From positions 124,001 through 188,000 of the IMG/VR virus record IMGVR_UViG_3300042558_003926: DNA of 64,000 nt; one strand, written 5' to 3'. A model generated the notes under the pieces. That model was given only the letters and a program-made list of their open reading frames with translations, was not told where the DNA came from and did no database searches. The stretch's first letter is position 1, and each line of letters begins with the position of its first letter. Shown in pieces: positions 10,947-20,559 of the stretch. Position numbers and translations under genes: made by a program.

Positions 10947-11295
10947 GAATAACGACGATGAATTCGGATTAGAAAGAGAGGAAGCCCCAGTTAGACACCC
11001 TCAATACGACATTCTAAAAAAACACATAGAGAGATCGGTCCAGGATATGTTTCTTAGTACATTAAGAAACCAGCCAATAGAACTCATTTTTATATTTGAG
11101 AATGAAAATCAAATAGATGGGTTTAGTGATAGGGTTTTAAAATATTGGGAGGGACTGGAAAAATATGAGATATGTTCGGAGGTTATTGAGTTATCTAAAC
11201 AACTAAAAGAAAAATGGAAAAATAGGGATGGTCTGGAAAAAACCGAAGGGTTTGTTAGAATACAGGATATTTTCAGATCAACATTTAAAGCTTAA
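10939..11295 (+). CDS. Hypothetical protein with UVR-like motif
   Basis: EKYEICSEVIEL motif, shared with 28782, 29072 and 29288. Confidence 0.55.
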   Translation: MFENNDDEFGLEREEAPVRHPQYDILKKHIERSVQDMFLSTLRNQPIELIFIFENENQIDGFSDRVLKYWEGLEKYEICSEVIELSKQLKEKWKNRDGLEKTEGFVRIQDIFRSTFKA

Positions 11296-12329
11296 TGATG
11301 TCGCAGAAAGACTACTATAACATATTGGGGATAACAAAGAATGCGACAGCGGACGAGATAAAAAAAGCATACAGAAAACTTGCTCATAAACATCACCCCG
11401 ATAAAGCAGGAAACACCTCAGAGGCAAAGGAAAAATTTCAGGAAATCTCAGAAGCATACGAGACTCTATCCAATCCGGACAAGAAAGCATCATATGATAA
11501 TCCATTCGCCGGATCAAGACAAAACTGGAACTGGCAGAATACAAACCCTTTCCAAACTGGAGATTTCTCTAGTTTCTTTACTGGTAGGCAAACCGCTAAG
11601 GAAACAATGATAAACAGAGGAAGAAATCTTAACGCATATGTTTCAGTTACACTGGAAGAAATGATGACTGGTGCAATCAAGAAGATACGCATAAATCGGA
11701 ATGTCCAATGTGATCCATGTAAAGGTACAGGAGCAGAAAACGGAGAAACTGTAAACTGCTCTACTTGCGGGGGAATGGGGAGAGTTAATAGAACAGTCCA
11801 GCACACTTTCGGAGAAATCGTAATGCAGGAGGACTGCCATACATGTAGAGGAAGCGGTAGCGTTTCCAGAACTAATTGTTCCACCTGCAGGGGAACAGGT
11901 CTAATTAGGAAAGAAGAAGAACTAGAAACCTCAATCCCAAAGGGATCGATAAGCGGTGTTTCTTATCTGGTAATAGGAAAGGGAGACTGGGCAAAATCTC
12001 CAGCAAACCCCGGAGATTTAATTATAAACGTAGAGGAATATGTACATCCAGTTTACCGAAGGGACGGTATAAACCTTATTCATGACAAGTACCTTTCATT
12101 TAAGGATGCTTGTTTAGGAACATCCGTAGACATACCAGATCTAAAGGGATCAACTCTAAGAATAAAAATACCAGCAGGAACTTCTTCTGAAAAGGTATTT
12201 AGATTACAGGGTAAAGGAATTCCTGAATTTAATGGAATTGGAAACGGGGACATCCTTGTTAAAACCTATATAAAGATCCCTAAGGATCTAAGTGATGAAC
12301 AAATGAAAGCACTAGAATTATTTGAATGA
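11295..12329 (+). CDS. dnaJ: DnaJ co-chaperone
   Basis: J-domain with HPD, four CxxCxGxG zinc-finger repeats, C-terminal GDL and LRIKIPAG motifs. Confidence 0.95.
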   Translation: MMSQKDYYNILGITKNATADEIKKAYRKLAHKHHPDKAGNTSEAKEKFQEISEAYETLSNPDKKASYDNPFAGSRQNWNWQNTNPFQTGDFSSFFTGRQTAKETMINRGRNLNAYVSVTLEEMMTGAIKKIRINRNVQCDPCKGTGAENGETVNCSTCGGMGRVNRTVQHTFGEIVMQEDCHTCRGSGSVSRTNCSTCRGTGLIRKEEELETSIPKGSISGVSYLVIGKGDWAKSPANPGDLIINVEEYVHPVYRRDGINLIHDKYLSFKDACLGTSVDIPDLKGSTLRIKIPAGTSSEKVFRLQGKGIPEFNGIGNGDILVKTYIKIPKDLSDEQMKALELFE

Positions 12330-12637
12330 TGGAATTTATTATCTTAATGTTATTTTTTGGATTCTGTATAACTACCACTGTAGTTAATGGATCCATATTC
12401 GAGAAATTTAGAAACTGGACGGGCGTAAAAGTACCACTGCTTTACAAACTAATAACCTGTGTAATGTGTTTTGGTTTTTGGGTAGGCGCGTCTATTTTCT
12501 GGACATTGACCTTCATTGGTAAGATTGGACCTATTGGTGAAATGCCAATCTGGTTTAATCTAATCTTTTATCCATTTATCCAAAGCACTCTTGGCGTATT
12601 CATGGAGTCAATTATAATATTCTTGAGAAAAGCATAA
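12326..12637 (+). CDS. Small membrane protein (DUF1360-like)
   Basis: Three hydrophobic stretches and CxxCxGFW. Confidence 0.55.
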   Translation: MMEFIILMLFFGFCITTTVVNGSIFEKFRNWTGVKVPLLYKLITCVMCFGFWVGASIFWTLTFIGKIGPIGEMPIWFNLIFYPFIQSTLGVFMESIIIFLRKA

Positions 12638-12645
12638 TCATAAAA

Positions 12646-14043
12646 ATGAGTCACATTAATATATCGGATCAAATAAACCGACAGTATCGGACGTACGCAC
12701 TGTATGTTTTACAAAGTAGAGGAATCCCAAATTTCTATGATGGATTAACTCCAGTCCAGAGATTAATATTAGAAAATTCCCCATCTCGGTTTAATAAAAC
12801 GATTGGATTAGTCGGGGAAGTAATTAAAACTGGATTATATCACCACGGTGACTCATCTTTAGCTGGAGCGATATCCAAGTTAGCTAGACCTTTTGGTTGT
12901 TCATATGGAGTACTAGAAGGGGATGGTTTTTTCGGATCCCCAGTAAATCCCAGTCCTTCGGCTCCCAGATACACGTCAGTAAGAATAAACCAAAGGATTA
13001 AGGATATCATTTCAAAAAACTCAGATCTTAATATCAAGAATGAGGAGGGAGGTCATGATTGGATCCATGTAGAATTCCCCGTTGGATTATTAACACATGT
13101 CGTTGGTATAGCGGTCGGATATAGAAGTAATATACTTCCAAGAAAGATGGAGGACGTTTTAGAATATCTCCAGGGATCACCTAAATTACTGAAGCCTTAC
13201 TTTAAGGACTTTTCTGGAAAAATAACCAGATGGATGAACGAGGAAAGTTCATGGTTAATAGAAAGTGGATTTGAGGTTGATAAGAACAAGAAGTTGATTC
13301 GTATTTTCGATCTACCGCCAGTTATGAGATATGACAGTTTTATCAATAAGCTAGACGATAAACTGGATAGAATGGGTCACGACTATAGGATCGAAAATAG
13401 ATCTCAGAGTAAATGTGATCTAATAGTTTCCTTTAGAGGGATGAGCCCGGAAATATTTGAAGAGACGGTTTCTTCAGTTTCTAAATTAACTAAGATTATA
13501 GTTAAGGAGGATGTTATTTTTGTTAAGGACGGGAACGTTATGGATTTCCCGTCGGTTAAGGATTATCTGGACCACTTCAAGGCTCACCTAGAGTTGGTTA
13601 AGCTAAAGAGAATAATAAAAGACGAGCAGGACTTCTCACGAGAATTGGCTTTCTTAGAAGCTAAGTTGAAGTTTTTAAATTTCATGATAGCGAAGAAAAG
13701 GAACAATAATGAGATAGTAGATTTTGTTTCTCAGTTCGAAAATTGGATATCTATTAGACTTCAGAAGATAGAAATAGTTAAGCTAAGTGTTGAACACATA
13801 AAGCAAACCGAGGAAGACATAAAGGAGATAAAAAAGAAAATAGCACAACTAAAGAAGGACATAAAGGAGCAGGAGAAAAATTACAAGCAGGTGTGTAAAA
13901 ATCTGGAAAAGATCTCAAAAACAAAGCAGACTAAAATATCGAATAGTCTTTTTGAGGAAAGCCAAATTAATGGGATAGAAATATTCCAGGTAGAGGAAGA
14001 AGAGGAAAAAATCGAAGAAATAGAACAGGAAGATGAAATTTAA
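12646..14043 (+). CDS. Type II topoisomerase medium subunit (GyrA/T4 gp52-like)
   Basis: DGLTPVQR, YHHGDSS, APRYT (catalytic Tyr), GIAVGY. Confidence 0.92.
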   Translation: MSHINISDQINRQYRTYALYVLQSRGIPNFYDGLTPVQRLILENSPSRFNKTIGLVGEVIKTGLYHHGDSSLAGAISKLARPFGCSYGVLEGDGFFGSPVNPSPSAPRYTSVRINQRIKDIISKNSDLNIKNEEGGHDWIHVEFPVGLLTHVVGIAVGYRSNILPRKMEDVLEYLQGSPKLLKPYFKDFSGKITRWMNEESSWLIESGFEVDKNKKLIRIFDLPPVMRYDSFINKLDDKLDRMGHDYRIENRSQSKCDLIVSFRGMSPEIFEETVSSVSKLTKIIVKEDVIFVKDGNVMDFPSVKDYLDHFKAHLELVKLKRIIKDEQDFSRELAFLEAKLKFLNFMIAKKRNNNEIVDFVSQFENWISIRLQKIEIVKLSVEHIKQTEEDIKEIKKKIAQLKKDIKEQEKNYKQVCKNLEKISKTKQTKISNSLFEESQINGIEIFQVEEEEEKIEEIEQEDEI

Positions 14044-14079
14044 AAAAGAAACAGCAGTAAAACTTAGAAAAGATAAAAT

Positions 14080-14844
14080 ATGAGACTTAGAATCACAAGT
14101 ACCGCAAACCTAATTACACTTTTGCGAAGATTGAAAACGGTAGAAAGGAGCGTTATCCTTGAATTAAAAAAGGATGGAATTTTTTGTAAAGTTCATACAC
14201 CGGATAAGTCGGTAATGAAATATTCTTCCGTTAAATTCGACGATATTCTAGAAGGAGAAATAGATTGGAAAAAAATTAAATGTGATCGTATAAAAATCGG
14301 GATAATTGATGTTACCCGTTTAATAGATGCCTTTAAACACTTCAGACCAGAGGAAGAGATCTTTATGGAGATTGAAACTGATAATTTGGAAGGATCTTGT
14401 GTTTCTACTGAGGTTAAATTAATTTCTGCTTCACTTAGCATTAGACTAAAATGTGCGGATCTTTCACTACTTTCTTATGTTGAGGATAATATATTAGATC
14501 TTGTTCATAGCAGGGAAGATGCTTTATTAAGATTTAAAATCTACCAATCTGACTTCACCACGATTACATCCCTATGTGGATTAGAAACAAACTCCGAGGA
14601 GATTTTATGCTTCAATGTGAAGGACACAAATGTTTATGCTATAGGGGATTCATTCAATTATAAGCTGAACATAGGATCTTCCGAGATAATTTTAGAAGAC
14701 GGTGAGAGTTCACCAAATATCTATAAAAAGGAATTATCTTACATGGAACCAGAAACTTGCGAGGTTTATGTTCATGACAACAGAATGGTTATGGTATCTG
14801 AACAATCTTCTACGTCTATAGCTATGGGATTAGTTGAAAAATAA
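14080..14844 (+). CDS. Putative sliding clamp (gp45/PCNA-like)
   Basis: About 250 aa with alternating beta/alpha pattern, overlapping the start of the PolB C-half. No diagnostic motif. Confidence 0.45.
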   Translation: MRLRITSTANLITLLRRLKTVERSVILELKKDGIFCKVHTPDKSVMKYSSVKFDDILEGEIDWKKIKCDRIKIGIIDVTRLIDAFKHFRPEEEIFMEIETDNLEGSCVSTEVKLISASLSIRLKCADLSLLSYVEDNILDLVHSREDALLRFKIYQSDFTTITSLCGLETNSEEILCFNVKDTNVYAIGDSFNYKLNIGSSEIILEDGESSPNIYKKELSYMEPETCEVYVHDNRMVMVSEQSSTSIAMGLVEK

Positions 14845-15997
14845 AAATATGACACAGGAAGAAATCCTAGAAATAAAACAAAAAATAGAGAGGCTTACTG
14901 AAGTTAAGAACGAACTTAAGAACGAGGAGCAGGCTATTAAATTAACAATGAACTCCATCTATGGAGCGATTGGTAATAACTGGTTTGTGTGTTTCAATCC
15001 TGATGTTGCTGAATCTGTAACCCTACAGGGACAGGACCTAATAAAGTATTCGGAGAAGATTCTCCATAAATACTTCCATGAGCACTGGCACCTAGATAAG
15101 GAGCTCCATGAAAAATTAGGGCTTACCGCCGTGAAGAAGGTTTCTAGACCCCTGGTTGTTTATGGTGATACTGATTCTAATTACGTGACGTTTCAGGAGG
15201 TGGTAGATTCATGTGACTATAAAGGAGACCCAAAGGATTTAATTCTTAAGATAAATGAATATAGACTGAATGATTATCTGAAGAAGTGTTTTGATATCTA
15301 CTCCAAAAAATGGAATACAGACAATTACCAGGACTTTGAGTTAGAGACACTTTCTTTTAACGCCATATTCTTAGGTAAGAAGAAATATGTTGCTAACCTG
15401 GCTTATGATTCAGGTATCCACACAGATCCTCTATCTCAGTTGAAGTTTACTGGAGTTGAGATGATTAAAGGAGGTACACCTCCATTTGTAAGAGAGAAGC
15501 TTGTTTATCTAACAAAATTCATTTTCTCAAAAGGTAGAAATTTTAATATCAGGGACTTTGTTAAGGAACTTAAGGATATAAAGAAGGAATTCAAAGTCCA
15601 GGAACCTAAAAACATATCAGCATCCGTAAATATTAACAATTACGAGAAATTCATTCTGAATGATACCACCGCTTTCGAAGTGGCAAAGGCTTGTCCAATC
15701 CACGTTAGAGCTTCTGGTTATCACAACTACCTTCTAAATTCGTCTAAATATAAGAGTAAATATTCCCTAATAAGAAGCGCTGAGAAGGTTAACTATTACT
15801 TTGTTAAAACAAAATCTATAGCTGACAATAATGTCTTTGCATATCCTCAGGGAACATTTCCCTATGAATTTGCTCCGCCTATAGATTATGATGAGCAGTT
15901 TACTAAGACTATTTTGGATCCTATAAATAGGTTTATTGAAGTTATGGGGTACAATAAAATAAGTCCTAACTTGTTTATGATTAACGCACTTTTTTAA
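14834..15997 (+). CDS. Family B DNA polymerase, C-terminal half
   Basis: KLTMNSIYG (motif B), YGDTDS (motif C), KKKY, C-terminal clamp-binding-like LF. Confidence 0.93.
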   Translation: MKNKNMTQEEILEIKQKIERLTEVKNELKNEEQAIKLTMNSIYGAIGNNWFVCFNPDVAESVTLQGQDLIKYSEKILHKYFHEHWHLDKELHEKLGLTAVKKVSRPLVVYGDTDSNYVTFQEVVDSCDYKGDPKDLILKINEYRLNDYLKKCFDIYSKKWNTDNYQDFELETLSFNAIFLGKKKYVANLAYDSGIHTDPLSQLKFTGVEMIKGGTPPFVREKLVYLTKFIFSKGRNFNIRDFVKELKDIKKEFKVQEPKNISASVNINNYEKFILNDTTAFEVAKACPIHVRASGYHNYLLNSSKYKSKYSLIRSAEKVNYYFVKTKSIADNNVFAYPQGTFPYEFAPPIDYDEQFTKTILDPINRFIEVMGYNKISPNLFMINALF

Positions 15998-16002
15998 ATA
16001 AT

Positions 16003-16209
16003 ATGGGATTCCACAGAAGGCATATACCTGATCTAGAACGATTAAAAGAAATAAGAACATCTTGCAATAGCGATGAAGAATTTTTGGAAAAAATCCTGGG
16101 TAAGGCGGACGCTATTATCGGTTCTGTCGAGTCTGTCCGTTATATGGATGAAGTTTACGAGAACCACAAAAAAACAGGAGAGCAAAATGATGACGGAGGA
16201 AGAGATTAA
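16003..16209 (+). CDS. Hypothetical protein
   Basis: 68-aa ORF in operon. Confidence 0.5.
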   Translation: MGFHRRHIPDLERLKEIRTSCNSDEEFLEKILGKADAIIGSVESVRYMDEVYENHKKTGEQNDDGGRD

Positions 16210-16477
16210 AGAATATCTCGGGTCGCTTAATTCAATGGCATTTACCCGAAGCGAATATGATGAATACAAGCTTCTGATGATAGAAGAGGCAGAAGAAATT
16301 CTATGCAACAAAGAGAAATACATAAATTTCGACGATCTCCCTATAATGACACGTATTTCTAGATTAAATGACCTAATAGACTTCTTTACAATGGAGGAGG
16401 AAAAAGAAATAGTTAGAGATCTAAACTTAGTTAAGACATCAATTAAGCTCAGGTTCTATTTTAAGGAGTTCGTATGA
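16187..16477 (+). CDS. Hypothetical protein (start likely 16187)
   Basis: ATG at 16187 after GGAG. The upstream extension overlaps the previous gene. Confidence 0.5.
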   Translation: MMTEEEIKEYLGSLNSMAFTRSEYDEYKLLMIEEAEEILCNKEKYINFDDLPIMTRISRLNDLIDFFTMEEEKEIVRDLNLVKTSIKLRFYFKEFV

Positions 16478-16722
16478 AGAAATATCTGATCATAGGATTT
16501 TCCTCATTCATTATAGAAGTAGCTAGCACGATGTACATCGCTACGGTAGCTGATCGTTCTGTTTTTATGATATTCTGGGCATTCGTCGGTCCTTTCCTGT
16601 CTCTTCCTTTTGTTGGGTATCTAGTAGAGACTAAATGCTGGAGAGAGAGATCGAAATTAGCTCTTTCTTCTGCTATAGGATATACTATAGGAGCTTATAT
16701 GGTTTATTTATTTGGGATTTAA
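16474..16722 (+). CDS. Small membrane protein
   Basis: Three hydrophobic segments, ATGA overlap. Confidence 0.55.
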   Translation: MKKYLIIGFSSFIIEVASTMYIATVADRSVFMIFWAFVGPFLSLPFVGYLVETKCWRERSKLALSSAIGYTIGAYMVYLFGI

Positions 16723-16756
16723 ATCCCAATGAGTAAGTAGTTAATCCTTTACTTTA

Positions 16757-16764
16757 GATATATA
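16757..16764 (+). promoter_or_regulatory. Putative late promoter GATATATA
   Basis: Ends 21 nt upstream of the ATG at 16786. Confidence 0.55.
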
Positions 16765-16785
16765 AGAAGCAAAATAATTTAAGAT

Positions 16786-18243
16786 ATGCCATCAAATAGA
16801 GTTCTCGATTTTTTCTCCTATATTAATGAGGCTAAGGTAGACACCACAAAAATAGTGGTTCTGACCGGTAACGTTAAGGGAAGTAAGACTTCATCGTCTT
16901 TTGAGAAAGAGTGTAAGAAAAGAAAAATAGAATGCTATATAGTAGACGTAAACGATGCTATTATAGAGAAAACATACAATGGACACACATTTAAGACGGG
17001 GGACAAGGAAATCCAAATAGACCCGAACTCTACTGTAATTGTACCAAGAAGAGGAGTTTTAGAAAACTCATACACTAAGCAGATCCTTTCATATCTGGAG
17101 GATTCCAGATATTTTACAGTAAACACTTTGGAATCTATGGAAGTGTGCGAGAATAAGTATTTAACTTCTCAGATATTGGAGGAGAGTGGTTTACCAGTTC
17201 CTAAATGTGCTTTAGTTCCCAATGAGGATTTTCTAGATTCCGCTCTAAAACAAATAGGTGGTAAATTCCCAGTAGTTATGAAGCTGCTTGCAGGAACTCA
17301 GGGAATAGGAGTTTCTATAGTTGATTCGTACTCTTCATTGAAATCTGTCTACCAAACCATCAGAAAGCTAGATGGAGATAATGAGATTTTAATCCAAGAA
17401 AAAATAGATTCCAACTTTGATCTTAGAATTCAAGTTATAATCAAGAAATTCGACCCTTTACAGCCAGATCCTGATAACTGCATTATCCTGGGATCGATGA
17501 AAAGACAGGCGGTTAAGAAAGACTTTAGAACCAACTATTCTTTAGGTGGATCTGTTTCGAAATACAACATATCTAAAGAAATAGAAGAAATTGCATGTAA
17601 AGCGGCAAATGCAGTAGGTTGCCATTGGTGTGGGGTTGATATTATGATAGATTCTAAAACTAAGAAGCCTTATATACTGGAAGTTAATTCCTCTCCTGGT
17701 ACGGAAGGAATATCGCAAGCAATCGGAAAGCCTATAGTTGATGACGTTATAAATTATCTTGTTGAAAAGAGCAACTGGTCTTATTCCAATTTAGAAATAG
17801 GATACTTAGAAACTATAGAGATACCAGGAATTGGTAATATAGTAGCTAAGTTTGATACCGGAAACGGAGCAAAATCATGCAGTATGCACTGTGATGAGGT
17901 TGAAGAGGTTGACGGTAAGCTAAAATGGAAAATCGGTAAGAAGAATTTTGTTAGCGATATCGTGGGATATTCGGATGCCGAAGTAGGTAGGGATATACAC
18001 ACTAGACCAATAATAGAGATGGACATAATGTTCCACGGTGTTCTGGTACCTGCAGTTAAGATTTCTCCAGTCGACAGGACAGAGAAAAGCACACCATTCT
18101 TAGCAAATAGAGGATTTATGAGAAGACTTGGTCTAATTGTTAATCCATATAAAGCCTTTGTGGTTTCAGAAGAACCTAAAGGAGGATATCAGGTTGGGGC
18201 TTCTAAGGGTAAATCCCACGCAGGAATTAAATTCGAAAAATAA
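16786..18243 (+). CDS. RimK-like ATP-grasp ligase fused to retropepsin-like (DTG) protease domain
   Basis: CENKYLT, GTQGIGV, IQEKI, FRTNYSLGG, GVDI, EVNSSPG. C-terminal AKFDTGNGA. Confidence 0.88.
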   Translation: MPSNRVLDFFSYINEAKVDTTKIVVLTGNVKGSKTSSSFEKECKKRKIECYIVDVNDAIIEKTYNGHTFKTGDKEIQIDPNSTVIVPRRGVLENSYTKQILSYLEDSRYFTVNTLESMEVCENKYLTSQILEESGLPVPKCALVPNEDFLDSALKQIGGKFPVVMKLLAGTQGIGVSIVDSYSSLKSVYQTIRKLDGDNEILIQEKIDSNFDLRIQVIIKKFDPLQPDPDNCIILGSMKRQAVKKDFRTNYSLGGSVSKYNISKEIEEIACKAANAVGCHWCGVDIMIDSKTKKPYILEVNSSPGTEGISQAIGKPIVDDVINYLVEKSNWSYSNLEIGYLETIEIPGIGNIVAKFDTGNGAKSCSMHCDEVEEVDGKLKWKIGKKNFVSDIVGYSDAEVGRDIHTRPIIEMDIMFHGVLVPAVKISPVDRTEKSTPFLANRGFMRRLGLIVNPYKAFVVSEEPKGGYQVGASKGKSHAGIKFEK

Positions 18244-18254
18244 CAAAATATAAA

Positions 18255-18467
18255 ATGGAAAACTTAAGAGAGTTTGGTAATCTTAGCGAATCTGCTCAGG
18301 ATGAAAAAACAGAAAAAATCCAAGTTCTTCTTTCCAAAGAAGATTTAACAGATTTAAGCAGAAAGATCTCTAAAGAGGCTTTAGCTAAGGGTGAAGCACC
18401 TGTTTCTATTTCACACTATGTAAGAAAGCTAATCAGAAGAAATCTAGGAAAAACTACCGAAGATTAA
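18255..18467 (+). CDS. Small ribbon-helix-helix-like protein with leader
   Basis: KIQVLLSKED...SISHYVRKLIR pattern. N-terminus MENLREFGNLSES. Confidence 0.5.
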   Translation: MENLREFGNLSESAQDEKTEKIQVLLSKEDLTDLSRKISKEALAKGEAPVSISHYVRKLIRRNLGKTTED

Positions 18468-18469
18468 TA

Positions 18470-18790
18470 ATGAGGCTTATAATAGAGTTTGATGATTATC
18501 TGGAGGATGACCTAGAACTAGGTGAGCCAGAGAAGGCAATGATCCGGAACTGGATACAGAAATATGAGAAGTACTTTAATTTCCACAATAGCGGAGAATT
18601 TGTAGATTCAATCGAACAGGTAACAAAAGACTGTGTGGAACAGCTCGGTCTAGATAAATCAAAAACAGATGCGGTTCAGGATTACCTAGAAAGTCTCTAT
18701 ACATTAGCGGATGGTCTTTCTGTGGTAATGTCTCCTGGACCAGAATTTCAATACACTAATATAGATCAAGTTCAAAGATTTCAATATTAA
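18470..18790 (+). CDS. Hypothetical protein with leader-like N-terminus
   Basis: MRLIIEFDDYLED. Confidence 0.55.
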   Translation: MRLIIEFDDYLEDDLELGEPEKAMIRNWIQKYEKYFNFHNSGEFVDSIEQVTKDCVEQLGLDKSKTDAVQDYLESLYTLADGLSVVMSPGPEFQYTNIDQVQRFQY

Positions 18791-18791
18791 T

Positions 18792-18821
18792 TGAAACTTT
18801 TTTTAAATCCTATCCTAGAAC
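18792..18821 (+). promoter_or_regulatory. Putative early/middle promoter TGAAAC-N18-TAGAAC
   Basis: Same 18-nt spacing seen at several intergenic sites. Confidence 0.5.
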
Positions 18822-18839
18822 AATTAAAATAATCGTTTT

Positions 18840-20270
18840 ATGGATCTAGTTTCAGCTTTACAACAATCTAATACAACTACCGAGAATGGAATGGTAACAA
18901 ATTCTAGCTCTCTTGATAACTGCGTTGATATGTTTTTTAAAATCGGAGCTTTTAGATCTGCGGAAGAAGCTGATGTGATTAGAGTTTTTTCTCTTGCCTT
19001 TTCAGAGGATCCGGTTTCCGCTTTAAGAATTCTTTTCTGGGCTAGAGACATCAGAGGTGGTGCTGGAGAGAGAAGAGTTTTTAGAATATGCCTGGAATAT
19101 CTTTCCAAAGCTAATAGAGAGGCTATAGTTAGGAACATGCCTCTTATCTCTGAATATGGAAGATGGGATGATTTGCTTGTATTTTTCGGTACGGATCTTC
19201 AGGACGAGGCAGCAAAGTTAATTAAGGGTGCTCTGGATTCTGAGAATGGTCTTTGTGCTAAATGGATGCCTAGAAAGGGATTTGTTGCTAACGAGCTTAG
19301 AAAGTTCATGGGAATGACACCGAAGGATTATCGTAAGACCCTTGTTTCTCTTACTAATGTGGTTGAGCAGAATATGTGTTCCGGTAAATGGGAAGACATT
19401 AACTATTCGCAGGTTCCTTCTGTAGCTGCTGCCAGATACCAGAGAGCTTTCTATAAAAGAGACACAGAAAGGTATGCAGAATACATTAGACTCTTATCTC
19501 TTCCTGCAGAATCTAGACCGGAAGGAGTAAAGATAAATGCGCAAGCCGTTTATCCATACGATGTTCTAAAATCAATCAGAAAAGGTAACGAAGACGTAGC
19601 AACCGCCCAGTGGAACGAACTTCCCGATTATATGGAGGGAAGCTCAGATATGATATTACCTGTAGTGGACGTATCCGGATCTATGACAACCGGGATTTCT
19701 AGCGGATCATCTTTAACCTGTATGGATGTTGCAATTTCTCTTGGACTTTACATCTCCGAAAGAAATGTGGGGCCTTTCCAGGATCACTTCATCACATTTA
19801 GTGAAAGACCTGAACTCCAAAAACTAAAGGGTAATCTTTACGAGAGATATCACCAATTAGAATCTTCTGAGTGGGGGATGTCTACTAATTTAGAATCGGT
19901 GTTTGATTTAGTTTTGCGTCAGGCTATTAAACATAACGTGGGTAAAGAATCGATGCCAACTAAGATATTGATTCTTTCCGATATGGAATTCAACCAGGCC
20001 ATTCGTGGAGGAGAAAGCGTTTCAGCTATAGAGATGATCAGAGGAAAGTACGAGAAAGCTGGATATGATATGCCATCTATTATATTCTGGAACATTCAGA
20101 GTAGGAGTGGAGGAAATAATGTTCCGGTTAGATTCGATGAGTCGGGAACTGCTTTAATCTCCGGATTTTCGCCTTCCATTTTGAAATCGATACTCTCAGG
20201 GAATAACATTACTCCTATTGATATTATGCAAGAGACGATAAATTCGGAAAGATATAAAAATATATCATAA
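18840..20270 (+). CDS. TROVE-like/vWA protein (DUF2828-type)
   Basis: RDIRGGAGERRVF, YGRWDDL, AKWMPRKG. vWA MIDAS motif DVSGSM and ILSDMEF. Confidence 0.85.
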   Translation: MDLVSALQQSNTTTENGMVTNSSSLDNCVDMFFKIGAFRSAEEADVIRVFSLAFSEDPVSALRILFWARDIRGGAGERRVFRICLEYLSKANREAIVRNMPLISEYGRWDDLLVFFGTDLQDEAAKLIKGALDSENGLCAKWMPRKGFVANELRKFMGMTPKDYRKTLVSLTNVVEQNMCSGKWEDINYSQVPSVAAARYQRAFYKRDTERYAEYIRLLSLPAESRPEGVKINAQAVYPYDVLKSIRKGNEDVATAQWNELPDYMEGSSDMILPVVDVSGSMTTGISSGSSLTCMDVAISLGLYISERNVGPFQDHFITFSERPELQKLKGNLYERYHQLESSEWGMSTNLESVFDLVLRQAIKHNVGKESMPTKILILSDMEFNQAIRGGESVSAIEMIRGKYEKAGYDMPSIIFWNIQSRSGGNNVPVRFDESGTALISGFSPSILKSILSGNNITPIDIMQETINSERYKNIS

Positions 20271-20274
20271 TCAA

Positions 20275-20304
20275 TGAAACATTATCTTCAGACCAATATA
20301 TAAA
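20275..20304 (+). promoter_or_regulatory. Putative promoter TGAAAC-N18-TATAAA for an ncRNA cassette
   Basis: Matches the window-wide motif. The predicted start near 20311 precedes the first stem. Confidence 0.6.
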
Positions 20305-20314
20305 AATAAAATAA

Positions 20315-20399
20315 GGAATCTTTTCAGCAAAACTAACTTACAATTTATGAATATCGATCAGTCTGGTTCTACGGTTCCAGTCGTAAAAAAAGAGATTCC
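20315..20399 (+). ncRNA. Candidate structured ncRNA unit 1 (Y-RNA-like architecture)
   Basis: GGAATCTTTT pairs with AAAGAGATTCC. CAGCAAAAC follows the 5' strand and TTCTACG is internal. Confidence 0.6.
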
Positions 20400-20410
20400 G
20401 TTAACATTAA

Positions 20411-20466
20411 AGGATTGTTACAGCAAAACATATTCTACGCAACTATAGGAAAGAAAAAGCAATCCT
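20411..20466 (+). ncRNA. Candidate structured ncRNA unit 2
   Basis: AGGATTGTT pairs with AGCAATCCT. Same CAGCAAAAC and TTCTACG elements. Confidence 0.6.
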
Positions 20467-20476
20467 GAAACATTAA

Positions 20477-20507
20477 AAGTCCGAGTGAAAGCTCGGACTT
20501 TTTTTTT
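20477..20507 (+). terminator. Rho-independent terminator
   Basis: AAGTCCGAG-TGAAAG-CTCGGACTT followed by a T run. Confidence 0.9.
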
Positions 20508-20559
20508 CTCCCGAGATTATTCCATATGTTTACCAAGCAAACCAATAAAAATATAAGTT

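Noticed and set aside
11295-12329. dnaJ as evidence of host contamination
   Set aside because: It overlaps phage-type neighbours with the same composition, and chaperones are common in large phages.
250-14960. Split intein joining the PolB halves
   Set aside because: No Cys/Ser-initiated IntN and no His-Asn-Cys/Ser/Thr IntC junction.
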